From assembly GCA_003208875.1 (NCBI GenBank), contig QCUR01000007.1, forward strand, positions 28,354 to 92,353: a stretch of 64,000 bases of DNA. The letters are read 5' to 3'. Position numbers and translations under genes: made by a program. Shown here piece after piece: positions 55,369 through 64,000 of this stretch. The stretch's first letter is position 1. Each line of letters starts with the position of its first letter. The DNA is from Prochlorococcus sp. AG-679-M23. Its GTDB lineage: Bacteria > Cyanobacteriota > Cyanobacteriia > PCC-6307 > Cyanobiaceae. The notes beneath the pieces were generated by a model. The model saw only the letters and a list, made by a program, of their open reading frames with translations. It did not search any database and had not been told where the DNA came from.

Positions 55369-56991
55369 TTATTTAGTGCTAGATCTACCTAAACCTTGTA
55401 GAATTCCTTTCCCAACTAAACCAATAGCTTTGCCTACTACTTTTGTTAAGAAATTCACGAAAAGGTTACCAATATATTTTACAGCAATTTCTAATTGAGG
55501 AGCTATTGCATCTCTAATTTCAACTAATAAAGTAACTTGTTTTTGAAACCATTCTAAATTTTCTAATTCTTTTTCTCTATTCTCATTTTTATAGTATCTA
55601 GTAAATTTAGAATCAATAATATCAATATATTCACGTTTACTTTCATATAAATAGATAGGCATATATATATTTTCATGCCATCTATTGTAGTTATTAATAT
55701 TATTTCTAAATCTTTCAAAAGACCTTGTAGACTGCAATTGAGGATTTATAAGTATTGTTCTCAATTCTGGCCAACTTGAACAAATATTAAAAACTTCAGA
55801 AGCTAATAAATTGCAGTTTCTTATTATCCAATTAGATATAATATTTTCTAGAACAATAAATGATTCTGTTTCATATAAAGGTAATAGTTTGCCATCATAA
55901 TCTATTGGCTCATTTTTTATTATTGGATCGATAAACATTATTGATTCATGGGATTCGCTATCTATTTCGTTGCATGTTACTTCTTTATATATATATTCAT
56001 TAATTGAGATGGACTCGCCATTTTTTTTAACTCTGAAATAATTTTCAGTTATATTCGAAATAGTATTAAGTCTAAGTTCTTCTATAAGAGAATTGAAGTC
56101 TTCTTTGTAGTCTTTTTCTTTATAGTTTTCTTTTATATTTTTTATTAAATTATCAAGTTCATCAAGCATTTTACATATAAGACGAGAAATAAACTCTTTT
56201 TTAATTCCAGACAAAATAATAGATGAATTATTAAAATCAACATCTAAATTGGTGGAGTTATATCTCTTGCTAAGACGTTCAAGAATTAAATCCCAAATTT
56301 CAAATGTATTTTTATTTTTTATAAAGATAGTATTAGTATCTTTATTTTCTATATTGATTTTGTCCTCACTGTAAATAGCTTCAGAATAAAGGTCTAATGA
56401 ATTACCCCACAAAAATATAAGAAAGGATTTAGCAGTAATAAGCTCTCTTAATCTTCCTTTTAAAATGAACTTATAAAATTCGGGAGTAGAGTCAGAATTT
56501 ACATATTTAAAAATATAATTTATCTCAGTATCAATTTGTTTGAGACCAGATGACAATAATTTTTGATTAAAGGTAAGTTCTTTTTCTTTCTTAATTTTGA
56601 CGGAGGGATTTATTTCTAGGTCAAATACTCTGCCGCCCTCTGAAATAATATTTATAGATTCAAGAACTTTATCTGCACTAGGATTTAAAAGTAAACCTTC
56701 GCTATTTAAAGAGGGTGTTGGTTTTGTTTTATTTACTAGCTCACCTGAAAAAATTACAAGAATTTTTGATTCATCCCATCTTTCTTTTAATTTTAATAGT
56801 TCTAATCTTATGAGGTCTTCTGATTGATAATTTAGAATATTCCATATTATTAAATCTGGATTCAAATTTTTACTGCCACTATTTAGTGTGATGTTTAAAT
56901 TAGTATCTAATGAAGTTAACTTTAGGGATAAAGATTCTGCAATTAAGCTTGGAGCAATAATTAGGATTGATTTTTTCGTAATTAATTCCAA
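55369..56991 (-). CDS. ycf55: Ycf55/DUF3685 protein with degenerate receiver-like N-terminus
   Basis: STRSFERFRN, YESKR, EIRDAIAP, VVGKAIGLVGKGILQGLG. Confidence 0.85.
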   Translation of the reverse strand: MELITKKSILIIAPSLIAESLSLKLTSLDTNLNITLNSGSKNLNPDLIIWNILNYQSEDLIRLELLKLKERWDESKILVIFSGELVNKTKPTPSLNSEGLLLNPSADKVLESINIISEGGRVFDLEINPSVKIKKEKELTFNQKLLSSGLKQIDTEINYIFKYVNSDSTPEFYKFILKGRLRELITAKSFLIFLWGNSLDLYSEAIYSEDKINIENKDTNTIFIKNKNTFEIWDLILERLSKRYNSTNLDVDFNNSSIILSGIKKEFISRLICKMLDELDNLIKNIKENYKEKDYKEDFNSLIEELRLNTISNITENYFRVKKNGESISINEYIYKEVTCNEIDSESHESIMFIDPIIKNEPIDYDGKLLPLYETESFIVLENIISNWIIRNCNLLASEVFNICSSWPELRTILINPQLQSTRSFERFRNNINNYNRWHENIYMPIYLYESKREYIDIIDSKFTRYYKNENREKELENLEWFQKQVTLLVEIRDAIAPQLEIAVKYIGNLFVNFLTKVVGKAIGLVGKGILQGLGRSSTK

Positions 56992-57070
56992 TTCTAAAAG
57001 CTTATCTCTTTTTTAAAATTAACTAATAAATTTGGTAAAATCCAGTACTATATAAATATTTTTTAGTTTT

Positions 57071-57838
57071 TTAAGCGTAATAGTCTTTATTAATTGGAAT
57101 ATCATTTATTCTTTCTGGAGATAATATGTTGTTAGCTTCACAGATTTTAAATTTATTTTCATAAAGAGCTTTTCCAACTATTACTCCAGAGAGTCCAGAA
57201 TGTTCAAATTTAGTTAATGATAATAAGTCAGAAATTGAACCTACACCTCCTGAAGCAATAACAGGAATATCAGTAATTTCAAGAATCTTTTTTATAAAAA
57301 CTTCATTCGTCCCTTCTAGCGTTCCATCGGTATTGATATCCGTGACAATAAAACTAGAAATTTTATAAGAGGAAAATTCCTTTACTAATTCTGTAGCTAA
57401 TACATCCGATTGTTTTAGCCAACCTCTTGTACTTACTTTCCCATCCTTTGCATCAATTCCAATAATAATTTTTCTTGGGAATTTGGTTGATAAACTTTTA
57501 ACTAATTCTTTATTTTCTATTGCTGAGGTTCCCATTATAACCTTATCCACACCGTAAGAAAATAATTGTTCAATCCTTTCTACTGATCTTATACCTCCTC
57601 CAATTTGAATAGGAATATTGACTGATTTGACAATCTTTTGAATTGATTGATCATTTGTTGGAATACCGGTCTTGGCAGCATCCAAATCCACGATATGAAT
57701 ACATTTTGCACCCTCATTCTCCCAGTATTTTGCTTGCTCATAAGGTTCTCTGGAGAAGTCTTTTCTCTTGTTAAAGTCACCTTTAAAAAGTCTTACACAT
57801 TTACCGTTCATTAAATCTATTGCTGGAATTAGTTTCAT
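57071..57838 (-). CDS. hisA: ProFAR isomerase
   Basis: IPAIDL..GKCVRL..G, HIVDLDAA, QIGGGIR, TDINTDGTL.G, IASGG. Confidence 0.97.
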   Translation of the reverse strand: MKLIPAIDLMNGKCVRLFKGDFNKRKDFSREPYEQAKYWENEGAKCIHIVDLDAAKTGIPTNDQSIQKIVKSVNIPIQIGGGIRSVERIEQLFSYGVDKVIMGTSAIENKELVKSLSTKFPRKIIIGIDAKDGKVSTRGWLKQSDVLATELVKEFSSYKISSFIVTDINTDGTLEGTNEVFIKKILEITDIPVIASGGVGSISDLLSLTKFEHSGLSGVIVGKALYENKFKICEANNILSPERINDIPINKDYYA

Positions 57839-57930
57839 GGATTTATCCTTTTCATTAATTACTGCTTGGTAGTAATATTCATTATGTAGTTCTAACTTAG
57901 GTTACTACTTATGTTTAATATTTTTGGAAT

Positions 57931-58848
57931 ATGAAAATTCTTGTAATGGGTGGAACAAGATTTGTTGGCAAGTCTTTGGTGAGTAAGCTGCTAAATCAAA
58001 ATCATGATATTGATATCTTTACAAGAGGTAATAAATCTAATCCTGATAATACAAATTTAATAAAAGGTGATAGAAATGATATCGAATGTATTCATAAACT
58101 AAAAAACAAAAAATATGATGTAATTTTCGATATCTCTGGTCGTGAAGTAGAGCAAACTAAACTTCTTATTGAGAACTTAGATGATTCTTTCCATAGATAT
58201 ATCTATGTTAGTTCAGCTGGAGTTTATAAAGATAACTATGAATTACCTTTATCCGAGGAGTCTCCGCTTGATACTAATAGTAGACACAAAGGTAAATTTG
58301 AAACTGAAAATTGGTTAGTTGAAAAAAAAATACCTTTTACAAGTTTTAGACCAACTTATATTTATGGACCTGGGAATTATAATAAAATTGAAAATTGGTT
58401 TTTTGAGAGACTATTTCATCTTAAATCAATCCCAATTCCTGCTGATGGTTCCTTGATTACTCAGTTAGGCCATGTTTCTGATTTAAGTGATGTAATGATA
58501 AAGTGTTTGGATTTTGAAAAATCTAAAAATAGTGTCTATAACTGTTCTGGAGAAAAAGGAGTAACTATTAAAGGTTTAATATATATGTGTGCAGAAGTTT
58601 GTGGTTTAAATAAAAACGAAATTTCTCTAATTAAATTTGATTTTGAAAAATTAGATCCTAAATCAAGAAAAGGATTCCCAATAAGATTAAATCACTATCA
58701 AACTGATATTTCAAAAATTAAAAACGATTTAAATTGGAAACCAAAATTTGATTTACTTAGTGGTTTGAAAGACAGCTTTATCAAAGATTACAAATTTAAA
58801 AAGGACAATGAATTTGATAGAACTTCAGATAGTGTTCTTTTTAATTAG
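57931..58848 (+). CDS. NAD-dependent epimerase-like protein (CSP41-like RNA-binding)
   Basis: MGGTRFVG, VSSAGVY, SRHKGK, RPTYIYGP, QLGHV. Confidence 0.88.
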   Translation: MKILVMGGTRFVGKSLVSKLLNQNHDIDIFTRGNKSNPDNTNLIKGDRNDIECIHKLKNKKYDVIFDISGREVEQTKLLIENLDDSFHRYIYVSSAGVYKDNYELPLSEESPLDTNSRHKGKFETENWLVEKKIPFTSFRPTYIYGPGNYNKIENWFFERLFHLKSIPIPADGSLITQLGHVSDLSDVMIKCLDFEKSKNSVYNCSGEKGVTIKGLIYMCAEVCGLNKNEISLIKFDFEKLDPKSRKGFPIRLNHYQTDISKIKNDLNWKPKFDLLSGLKDSFIKDYKFKKDNEFDRTSDSVLFN

Positions 58849-59367
58849 TAAATAATCTATAAAAGTTATAAGTGTCAATATAAATCCCAGCCAATAAAAT
58901 GTTATTCCTAAACTAGATAATAAATCTTTTGAAAATGGTTGGAAAAATATAACTAATGCAATAAAAAAGGAGAAGGTTTTATATTTCCCAAGTTTGGAGG
59001 CAGGTAATCCATCTTTCTTAGTAGTTCTTAATGCAGATATTATTAATTCTCTAAATAATATTATTGCTAATGACCAAAAAGGTATTATTCCCATTTTACT
59101 TAGCCACAATAAAGGTATTAACAAAAATATTTTGTCTGATAATGGGTCAATAATAGCTCCAAACTTCGTTGTAAGATTAAATTTTCTTGCAAAATATCCA
59201 TCAAAATAATCAGTTATGCCTCCAAGAATAATTAAAGCAAAAACAAAATTGGGTCTGTTTATTTCTAGAAATATTATTAATGGAAATGTAAGAAATAATC
59301 GAGATATCGTTAATATATTTGGAATATTAGCTATTAATTGTTTAATATTTTTATTTTTGTTTAACAA
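58825..59367 (-). CDS. pgsA: CDP-alcohol phosphatidyltransferase (PG phosphate synthase)
   Basis: IPNILTISR, TDYFDGYFAR, FGAIIDPLSDK, RE; start uncertain. Confidence 0.88.
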   Translation of the reverse strand: MLNKNKNIKQLIANIPNILTISRLFLTFPLIIFLEINRPNFVFALIILGGITDYFDGYFARKFNLTTKFGAIIDPLSDKIFLLIPLLWLSKMGIIPFWSLAIILFRELIISALRTTKKDGLPASKLGKYKTFSFFIALVIFFQPFSKDLLSSLGITFYWLGFILTLITFIDYLLIKKNTI

Positions 59368-59502
59368 AATATTTTTTATAAATAAATTTAATTTTACACT
59401 TAAATTATGTTTTAAGTTCTAACAAAATTCTAAAAATTATAAACACTTCTTCTATCTAAGAATCGTTTTATTTTATATTAATAAAATATTATTGATACCT
59501 AA

Positions 59503-60114
59503 ATGCAACCCCATAGCTTAAAGCTATCTCCAGATTCTGATTTAATTATTAGTATTAAAGAATTTTCTTTCTCAAATAATCTATATGGTTATGTTTCTGG
59601 CGTAGTAGGTAATCTTAGTAAGGCTTGTATTCAGTGTCCTGGCAGCCAAGAAATTAGTAAATTTGAAGGTAACTTAGAAATAGTATCCCTTAATGGAAAT
59701 TTTAATAATGGCGATGTCCATATTCATTTAAGCTTCGCAGATGAGGGATGTAATGTTTTTGGAGGGCATTTAGAAGAAGGTTCGATTGTTAAGAAAGGAA
59801 CTGATATCTTATTAGTATCTTTTGAAAATAAGACTATTGACATCTCAAAAATAAATTTAAATGATAATCAATCACGAGTAAAAGCATATATCCTTAAAAA
59901 TTGTCCTTGGTCAAAAAGAAGTATTAGATTGCTTGATTCTTTATCTGTTCCATATGATTCCATTTTGATCGAGAATGACAAGGATTTTCAAAAGGTGAAT
60001 TCCCTAAGTAACCACAATACTTTTCCTCAAATATTTTTAGATGATGTATTTTTTGGAGGTTATGACGAACTCTCAAAGCAAGCTAAATATGATTATTTAA
60101 AGTCTTTTAAATAA
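59503..60114 (+). CDS. PPC/DUF296 domain fused to glutaredoxin-like domain
   Basis: EIVSLNG, HIHLSFAD, FGGHL; then CPWS, TFPQIF, GGYDEL. Confidence 0.85.
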   Translation: MQPHSLKLSPDSDLIISIKEFSFSNNLYGYVSGVVGNLSKACIQCPGSQEISKFEGNLEIVSLNGNFNNGDVHIHLSFADEGCNVFGGHLEEGSIVKKGTDILLVSFENKTIDISKINLNDNQSRVKAYILKNCPWSKRSIRLLDSLSVPYDSILIENDKDFQKVNSLSNHNTFPQIFLDDVFFGGYDELSKQAKYDYLKSFK

Positions 60115-60125
60115 TCATATTTAGC

Positions 60126-60314
60126 TCAATCGTCTCGATTTATAATTTTTTCAGAATTTAATTCATCCTCTAACTGCTTTATTAATCTTGAAACAAGAAT
60201 TTGAAATTCCGGCTGACATCCTTTAAATGCTGCTTTATGCCTGATAGGTTCATTTCTTGTTCTTAAATCAGTAAGCATCAACTGTAATGCATCAATATTT
60301 GGGTTAATTTTCAT
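60126..60314 (-). CDS. hypothetical protein (62 aa)
   Basis: ATG ORF co-directional with neighbours, fills the gap. Confidence 0.7.
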   Translation of the reverse strand: MKINPNIDALQLMLTDLRTRNEPIRHKAAFKGCQPEFQILVSRLIKQLEDELNSEKIINRDD

Positions 60315-60338
60315 GGTTTTTATTTATTTTTGCATCTT

Positions 60339-60998
60339 TTAAATATTTTGCATAGCTTTTTTAAAAGATACTCTTTTATTATCACTGGAACTTGTTACTT
60401 CTATTATTTTATTAAAAGACTGTTTATTACTTAAGGAATCTATACAACATTTTGCTACAAGTCTTCTTGGAATAGAACCTTTAAATTGTGTATCTTCTTT
60501 TGTGTAATCTATGTTCTCATCTTTTATTTTTTCAATTTCTTTTAATCCTCCAGGTCTTATTATTGTCCAATCAAAATTTTGATTTTTTAGAAAGTTCTCA
60601 CCAATTTTTTTCCAGATTAGGATAAAACCAAATAAGTTTAATGGATGAAAGATTTTACCAGTACATAAAGAACTAACTAAGATAACTCTCTTTATTCCAA
60701 CTCTTTTACAACTTTGTAATTGTCTATATACTCCAAGTGCATCTACTTTTGCAGGCCCAGTTAAATCTAATGAAGCTCTTGCTCCAGTTGCAATTATTAA
60801 TGCATCCACATTTTCTAAAGCCTTATCTAATTCACCTTCGTTATCTAATGAGATTCTAAAGGTTTCGGTATTTTTAAGATTCTCTGGAAGCTTTGAATTT
60901 TTCCTAACTATCTGCTTTACTTTTATTCCTTTCTTCACTGCTTCTTCGGTTATTCTATATCCTGTTTTACCTGAAGCTCCAGTAATCGCAATTTTCAT
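60339..60998 (-). CDS. NAD(P)H-binding atypical SDR
   Basis: ITGASGKTG, LVSSL, WTIIRPGGL. Confidence 0.9.
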   Translation of the reverse strand: MKIAITGASGKTGYRITEEAVKKGIKVKQIVRKNSKLPENLKNTETFRISLDNEGELDKALENVDALIIATGARASLDLTGPAKVDALGVYRQLQSCKRVGIKRVILVSSLCTGKIFHPLNLFGFILIWKKIGENFLKNQNFDWTIIRPGGLKEIEKIKDENIDYTKEDTQFKGSIPRRLVAKCCIDSLSNKQSFNKIIEVTSSSDNKRVSFKKAMQNI

Positions 60999-61033
60999 AA
61001 TTATTTATTTAATTTTATAATTATATGAGGTTT

Positions 61034-61687
61034 TTAAGGCTTTTTACATATAAATTTTTTTTTCCTCTTGGGATATAGAGTTCTACACATTAAGCATTTT
61101 GTGCCATCACAACCTCTTGCCGTACAATATTCCCTTCCATAGAAAATTATTTGCAAATGTAAAGTGTTCCATTCTGAGATTGGAAAAATATTTTTAAGAT
61201 CTTTTTCGGTCTGCCTCACATTATCTCCATTTGTAAGCCCCCATCTTTGTGATAAACGATGTATGTGTGTATCAACAGGGAAAGATGGAATATTAAATAC
61301 TTGAGACATTACAACTGAAGCTGTTTTATGACCAACTCCTGGTAGTGATTCAAGCTCTTCGAATGAATTGGGAACTTGACCCTGAAATTCTTCGATTATT
61401 AATTTTGATAAAAGGTAAATATTTTTAGATTTTTGGTTAGAAAGACCTAATTGTTTTATGTATTGATAAATTCTGGAAACACCGAGTTCTTTCATTTTTT
61501 CTGGAGTATCTGCGACTTTATATAATTCCTTAGTTAGTTCATTAACTTTCTTATCTGTAGACTGAGCACTTAATACTACTGCCACAAGCAACGTGAAGGC
61601 ATTTGTGTGATTAAGGGGGATTGGAGGAGATGGATATAATTCTTTAAGTTCTTTTAGTATAATTTCTGCTCTTTCACTCTTTTTCAT
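61034..61687 (-). CDS. nth: endonuclease III
   Basis: LSAQSTD, LPGVGHKTA (HhH), VDTH, C-terminal 4-Cys Fe-S motif. Confidence 0.96.
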   Translation of the reverse strand: MKKSERAEIILKELKELYPSPPIPLNHTNAFTLLVAVVLSAQSTDKKVNELTKELYKVADTPEKMKELGVSRIYQYIKQLGLSNQKSKNIYLLSKLIIEEFQGQVPNSFEELESLPGVGHKTASVVMSQVFNIPSFPVDTHIHRLSQRWGLTNGDNVRQTEKDLKNIFPISEWNTLHLQIIFYGREYCTARGCDGTKCLMCRTLYPKRKKKFICKKP

Positions 61688-61784
61688 TTATTTAATTTTT
61701 TAAGTGATGTATAAAATTATACAAGTGGTATTTATGGTGAATGTTTTCTGTTAGTTTTAGTATTCTAGACACTCAAATGTTTTA

Positions 61785-62843
61785 GTGGAAAAAGAGGCGT
61801 TAATAATTGATGATTTACATCATAAATACGATAATAAAAAAATTTCCAATTGGGTATTAAATGCAATTAACTTAAAAATAGAAAAGGGTCAATTATTAGG
61901 ACTTCTTGGACCTTCTGGTTGCGGTAAAACTACTCTTTTAAGATTAATCGCCGGATTTGAATATCCTTTAAAAGGAAAAATTATTCTAAATGATTACGAA
62001 ATTTCAAATAAAAATAGAATAATTACTCCAGAAAAAAGAAAAATAGGAATGGTTTTCCAGGATTATGCGCTTTTCCCTCATCTAACTGTTTTAGAAAATG
62101 CAATGTTTGGTTTGAAAGATAAAAAGAATAAATCTAGAGTTAATTTTTTAATAAATATTGTAGGTCTCGATAAATTTATAAATAGATATCCGCATGAATT
62201 ATCAGGAGGACAAAAACAGAGACTTGCTATTGCTAGAGCTTTAGCTCCTGGAACAAATTTTATATTATTAGACGAACCATTTTGTAGTTTGGATATGCAC
62301 GTAAAATTAAAATTAAGAAGTGAACTTCCAAATATCCTTAGAAGTTGCAATGCTAGCGGATTAATGGTTACTCATGATCCTGAAGAGGCAATGTCTATAT
62401 GCGATAAGGTTGCTGTGATGAATGAAGGGAAAATACATCAAGTTGATTCACCTATAAAACTTTTAGAAAAGCCTAAAACAATTTTTGTAAGTAGTTTTAT
62501 TCTAGGTAATAATATTCTTAATCTCAAAAAAGAAGAAAACTCTTTTTCTTGTTGTATAGGTGAAATAAATATTTCTTCTTTGGAGGGTAAAAATAATATT
62601 AAATTTATTTCTATTCCTCAGAAATTTATTTCTATTAAAAGTTCTGTAGATGGCGATGCAAAAATAATTTCAAAAGAATTCATGGGTGAATATTTTGTTT
62701 ATAAATTATCTCTTAAAGAAGAAATATTAAGGGTCAGAACTAATATTAATGATGATCTTAATGTTGGAGATAATTGTTTTTTAAGTATAGATAAAGATAG
62801 TTTCTGTTTTTTATATCCTGGTGCACATAAGATCTTTATTTAA
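61785..62843 (+). CDS. futC: Fe(III) ABC transporter ATP-binding protein
   Basis: GPSGCGKTT, MVFQDYALFPHL, LSGGQKQR, TOBE-like tail; next to ferritin. Confidence 0.85.
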   Translation: MEKEALIIDDLHHKYDNKKISNWVLNAINLKIEKGQLLGLLGPSGCGKTTLLRLIAGFEYPLKGKIILNDYEISNKNRIITPEKRKIGMVFQDYALFPHLTVLENAMFGLKDKKNKSRVNFLINIVGLDKFINRYPHELSGGQKQRLAIARALAPGTNFILLDEPFCSLDMHVKLKLRSELPNILRSCNASGLMVTHDPEEAMSICDKVAVMNEGKIHQVDSPIKLLEKPKTIFVSSFILGNNILNLKKEENSFSCCIGEINISSLEGKNNIKFISIPQKFISIKSSVDGDAKIISKEFMGEYFVYKLSLKEEILRVRTNINDDLNVGDNCFLSIDKDSFCFLYPGAHKIFI

Positions 62844-62850
62844 TTAAATT

Positions 62851-62973
62851 TTATAGGCAATTACACTTGCCCCCTTTCCAGTTTGAACATTTTTTCTTTT
62901 TACATTTCTTTTTTTTGTTTGCATATAATTTATTAATTAGTAGAAGTTCAGAATAATCTTTTCCAAAATTCAT
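62851..62973 (-). CDS. putative 40-aa Cys/Lys-rich small protein
   Basis: Not in ORF track; manual translation MNFGKDYSELLLINKLYANKKKKCKKKKCSNWKGGKCNCL; ATG just downstream of the Fur box; stop 7 nt from futC stop. Confidence 0.6.
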   Translation of the reverse strand: MNFGKDYSELLLINKLYANKKKKCKKKKCSNWKGGKCNCL

Positions 62974-62979
62974 TTTATT

Positions 62980-63005
62980 GATATTGCTATTGATATTCAT
63001 TATCA
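62980..63005. promoter_or_regulatory. Fur box (extended)
   Basis: GCTATTGATATTCATTATC (62986-63004) matches 16/19 of GATAATGATAATCATTATC; core TGATATT-C-ATTATCA; extra GATATT hexamer at 62980. Confidence 0.8.
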
Positions 63006-63083
63006 TATTCACTTATATATTTTTAATCTTTTTTAAGTTACCAATTAATACAAAATGTTGTATTATTTAATTATCTTATCCAT

Positions 63084-63644
63084 ATGAAAATGATTGAGAA
63101 TAATTTAAAAACAAACAAATTAATTAATTTGGGCCCTTCTGGAAGAGCTGTTGCTCAGCCGATGGATCCTGCATTATTAGAGAATTTCTATGAACATTTA
63201 ACAATGGAAAGACATGCTAATGTTCAATATTTTTCCATTTATCTATGGTTTCAAGAAAGGGATTTAGACGGTTTCGCTTCATATTTCCTAAGTGAATCTC
63301 AAGGAGAAATGGAACATGCCTATAAATTTGCTAATTATTTTATTGCTCGTGGACAAACTGTAAAATTGAAAGATTTACCTGCACCAATTCAGGCTTGGGA
63401 TTCTATTGAAGATTTAATTTCTTATTCATTCAATATGGAGGCTGATTTAACTTCCTCATTACAACAGCTATATGCGATTGCAGAAAGAACTTCAGATACA
63501 AGATCAAGTGTTTTCTTAGACCCGATTGTTGAAGCTCAAATAAAATCTGAGGATGAATTTGCTCATATATTAGGTAAAGTTAAATTTGCTGCTAACCAGC
63601 CATCAGCAATATTATTGATTGATGGAGATTTAAAGAAAAAATAA
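63084..63644 (+). CDS. ftn: ferritin
   Basis: E..A..QY, GFA.YF..ES.GEMEHA, E..LT, FLD..V.AQ..SE ferroxidase pattern. Confidence 0.93.
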   Translation: MKMIENNLKTNKLINLGPSGRAVAQPMDPALLENFYEHLTMERHANVQYFSIYLWFQERDLDGFASYFLSESQGEMEHAYKFANYFIARGQTVKLKDLPAPIQAWDSIEDLISYSFNMEADLTSSLQQLYAIAERTSDTRSSVFLDPIVEAQIKSEDEFAHILGKVKFAANQPSAILLIDGDLKKK

Positions 63645-63920
63645 ATTCTTTTCTATTCTTTTTTGATCAATAGTTCTTTTACATTTCTCAACTAATAAAC
63701 TAGAAAAATTAATATTTTCATTATTTCTATTTTTTAATACTTTTGCTATTGAAAATATCTCATTTAATCTTTGAGAGATATTTTTATTTTCATAAAATAA
63801 TCTGTCTCTCAAGCCTACGTGTGAAGTGTTGAAATAAGCTTGATGAATATTCGTAATCCTGTAACTTAATGAGTCAACTTCCATTAGTAAGTTATTGATT
63901 ATTGATTCGGATTTATACAT
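63630..63920 (-). CDS. hypothetical helical protein (likely start ATG 63920)
   Basis: Track ORF 63630..63965 trimmed to MYKSESII; 7 nt after the stop of the upstream partial gene. Confidence 0.7.
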   Translation of the reverse strand: MYKSESIINNLLMEVDSLSYRITNIHQAYFNTSHVGLRDRLFYENKNISQRLNEIFSIAKVLKNRNNENINFSSLLVEKCKRTIDQKRIEKNLFFL

Positions 63921-63927
63921 ATTTTGT

Positions 63928-64000
63928 TTATAAAGGTGAGGATTCAATAAACGATGGTGCCACACTCACTGTCTGCGTTCCAATTGGAGCTATTAATAAC
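63928..64000 (-). CDS. 3' end of a gene entering from beyond the window (possibly Crp/Fnr-family regulator by recalled synteny)
   Basis: Open frame ...LLIAPIGTQTVSVAPSFIESSPL*; identity cannot be established from this fragment. Confidence 0.45.
   Translation of the reverse strand, partial: LLIAPIGTQTVSVAPSFIESSPL

Noticed and set aside
57035..57048. GTA-N8-TAC match upstream of ycf55
   Set aside because: No flanking T/A, no -10 at activator spacing; compatible with chance in AT-rich DNA.
62844..62924. Alternative minus-strand frame from ATG 62924 (MQTKKRNVKRKNVQTGKGASVIAYKI)
   Set aside because: Shorter, no motif, and farther from the Fur box and -10 than the 40-aa Cys-rich frame; not excluded without conservation data.
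1..64000. tRNA, rRNA, CRISPR arrays, IS/integrase, prophage or defence systems
   Set aside because: None seen by eye: intergenic gaps are short and no such motifs were recognised. tRNAscan/Infernal were not run.

Overview
AT-rich, gene-dense core-genome window from a marine picocyanobacterium; gene content, order and protein sequences point to a high-light Prochlorococcus marinus (MED4-like). It holds about 65 CDSs. Photosynthesis/repair: petN, psb29, clpP, ftsH2, sipA, pcyA, chlP, ccsA, hemA. Translation: rpsB with its S2 leader, tsf, glyS, typA. Carbon metabolism: rpe, glpX, glgC, gnd, pgl, two aldolases, prk, accD. Amino acid, nucleotide and lipid synthesis: sir, ilvD, purS/Q, leuB, lpxD, proB, hisA, pgsA. 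DNA repair: recG, ruvX, nth. There is also a DevBCA exporter and an iron locus (futC, ferritin). I saw no tRNA, rRNA, CRISPR array, IS element or prophage. Reading the intergenic DNA gave four small ORFs absent from the ORF track: petN, a 49-aa basic protein, a 55-aa DnaJ-type zinc finger after cobW, and a 40-aa Cys/Lys-rich ORF divergent from ferritin that starts just downstream of a strong Fur box. The best candidates for something new are that Fur box / Cys-peptide / ferritin unit and an Rpe in which both metal-binding histidines are Gln. All family calls come from motif recognition, not database searches.
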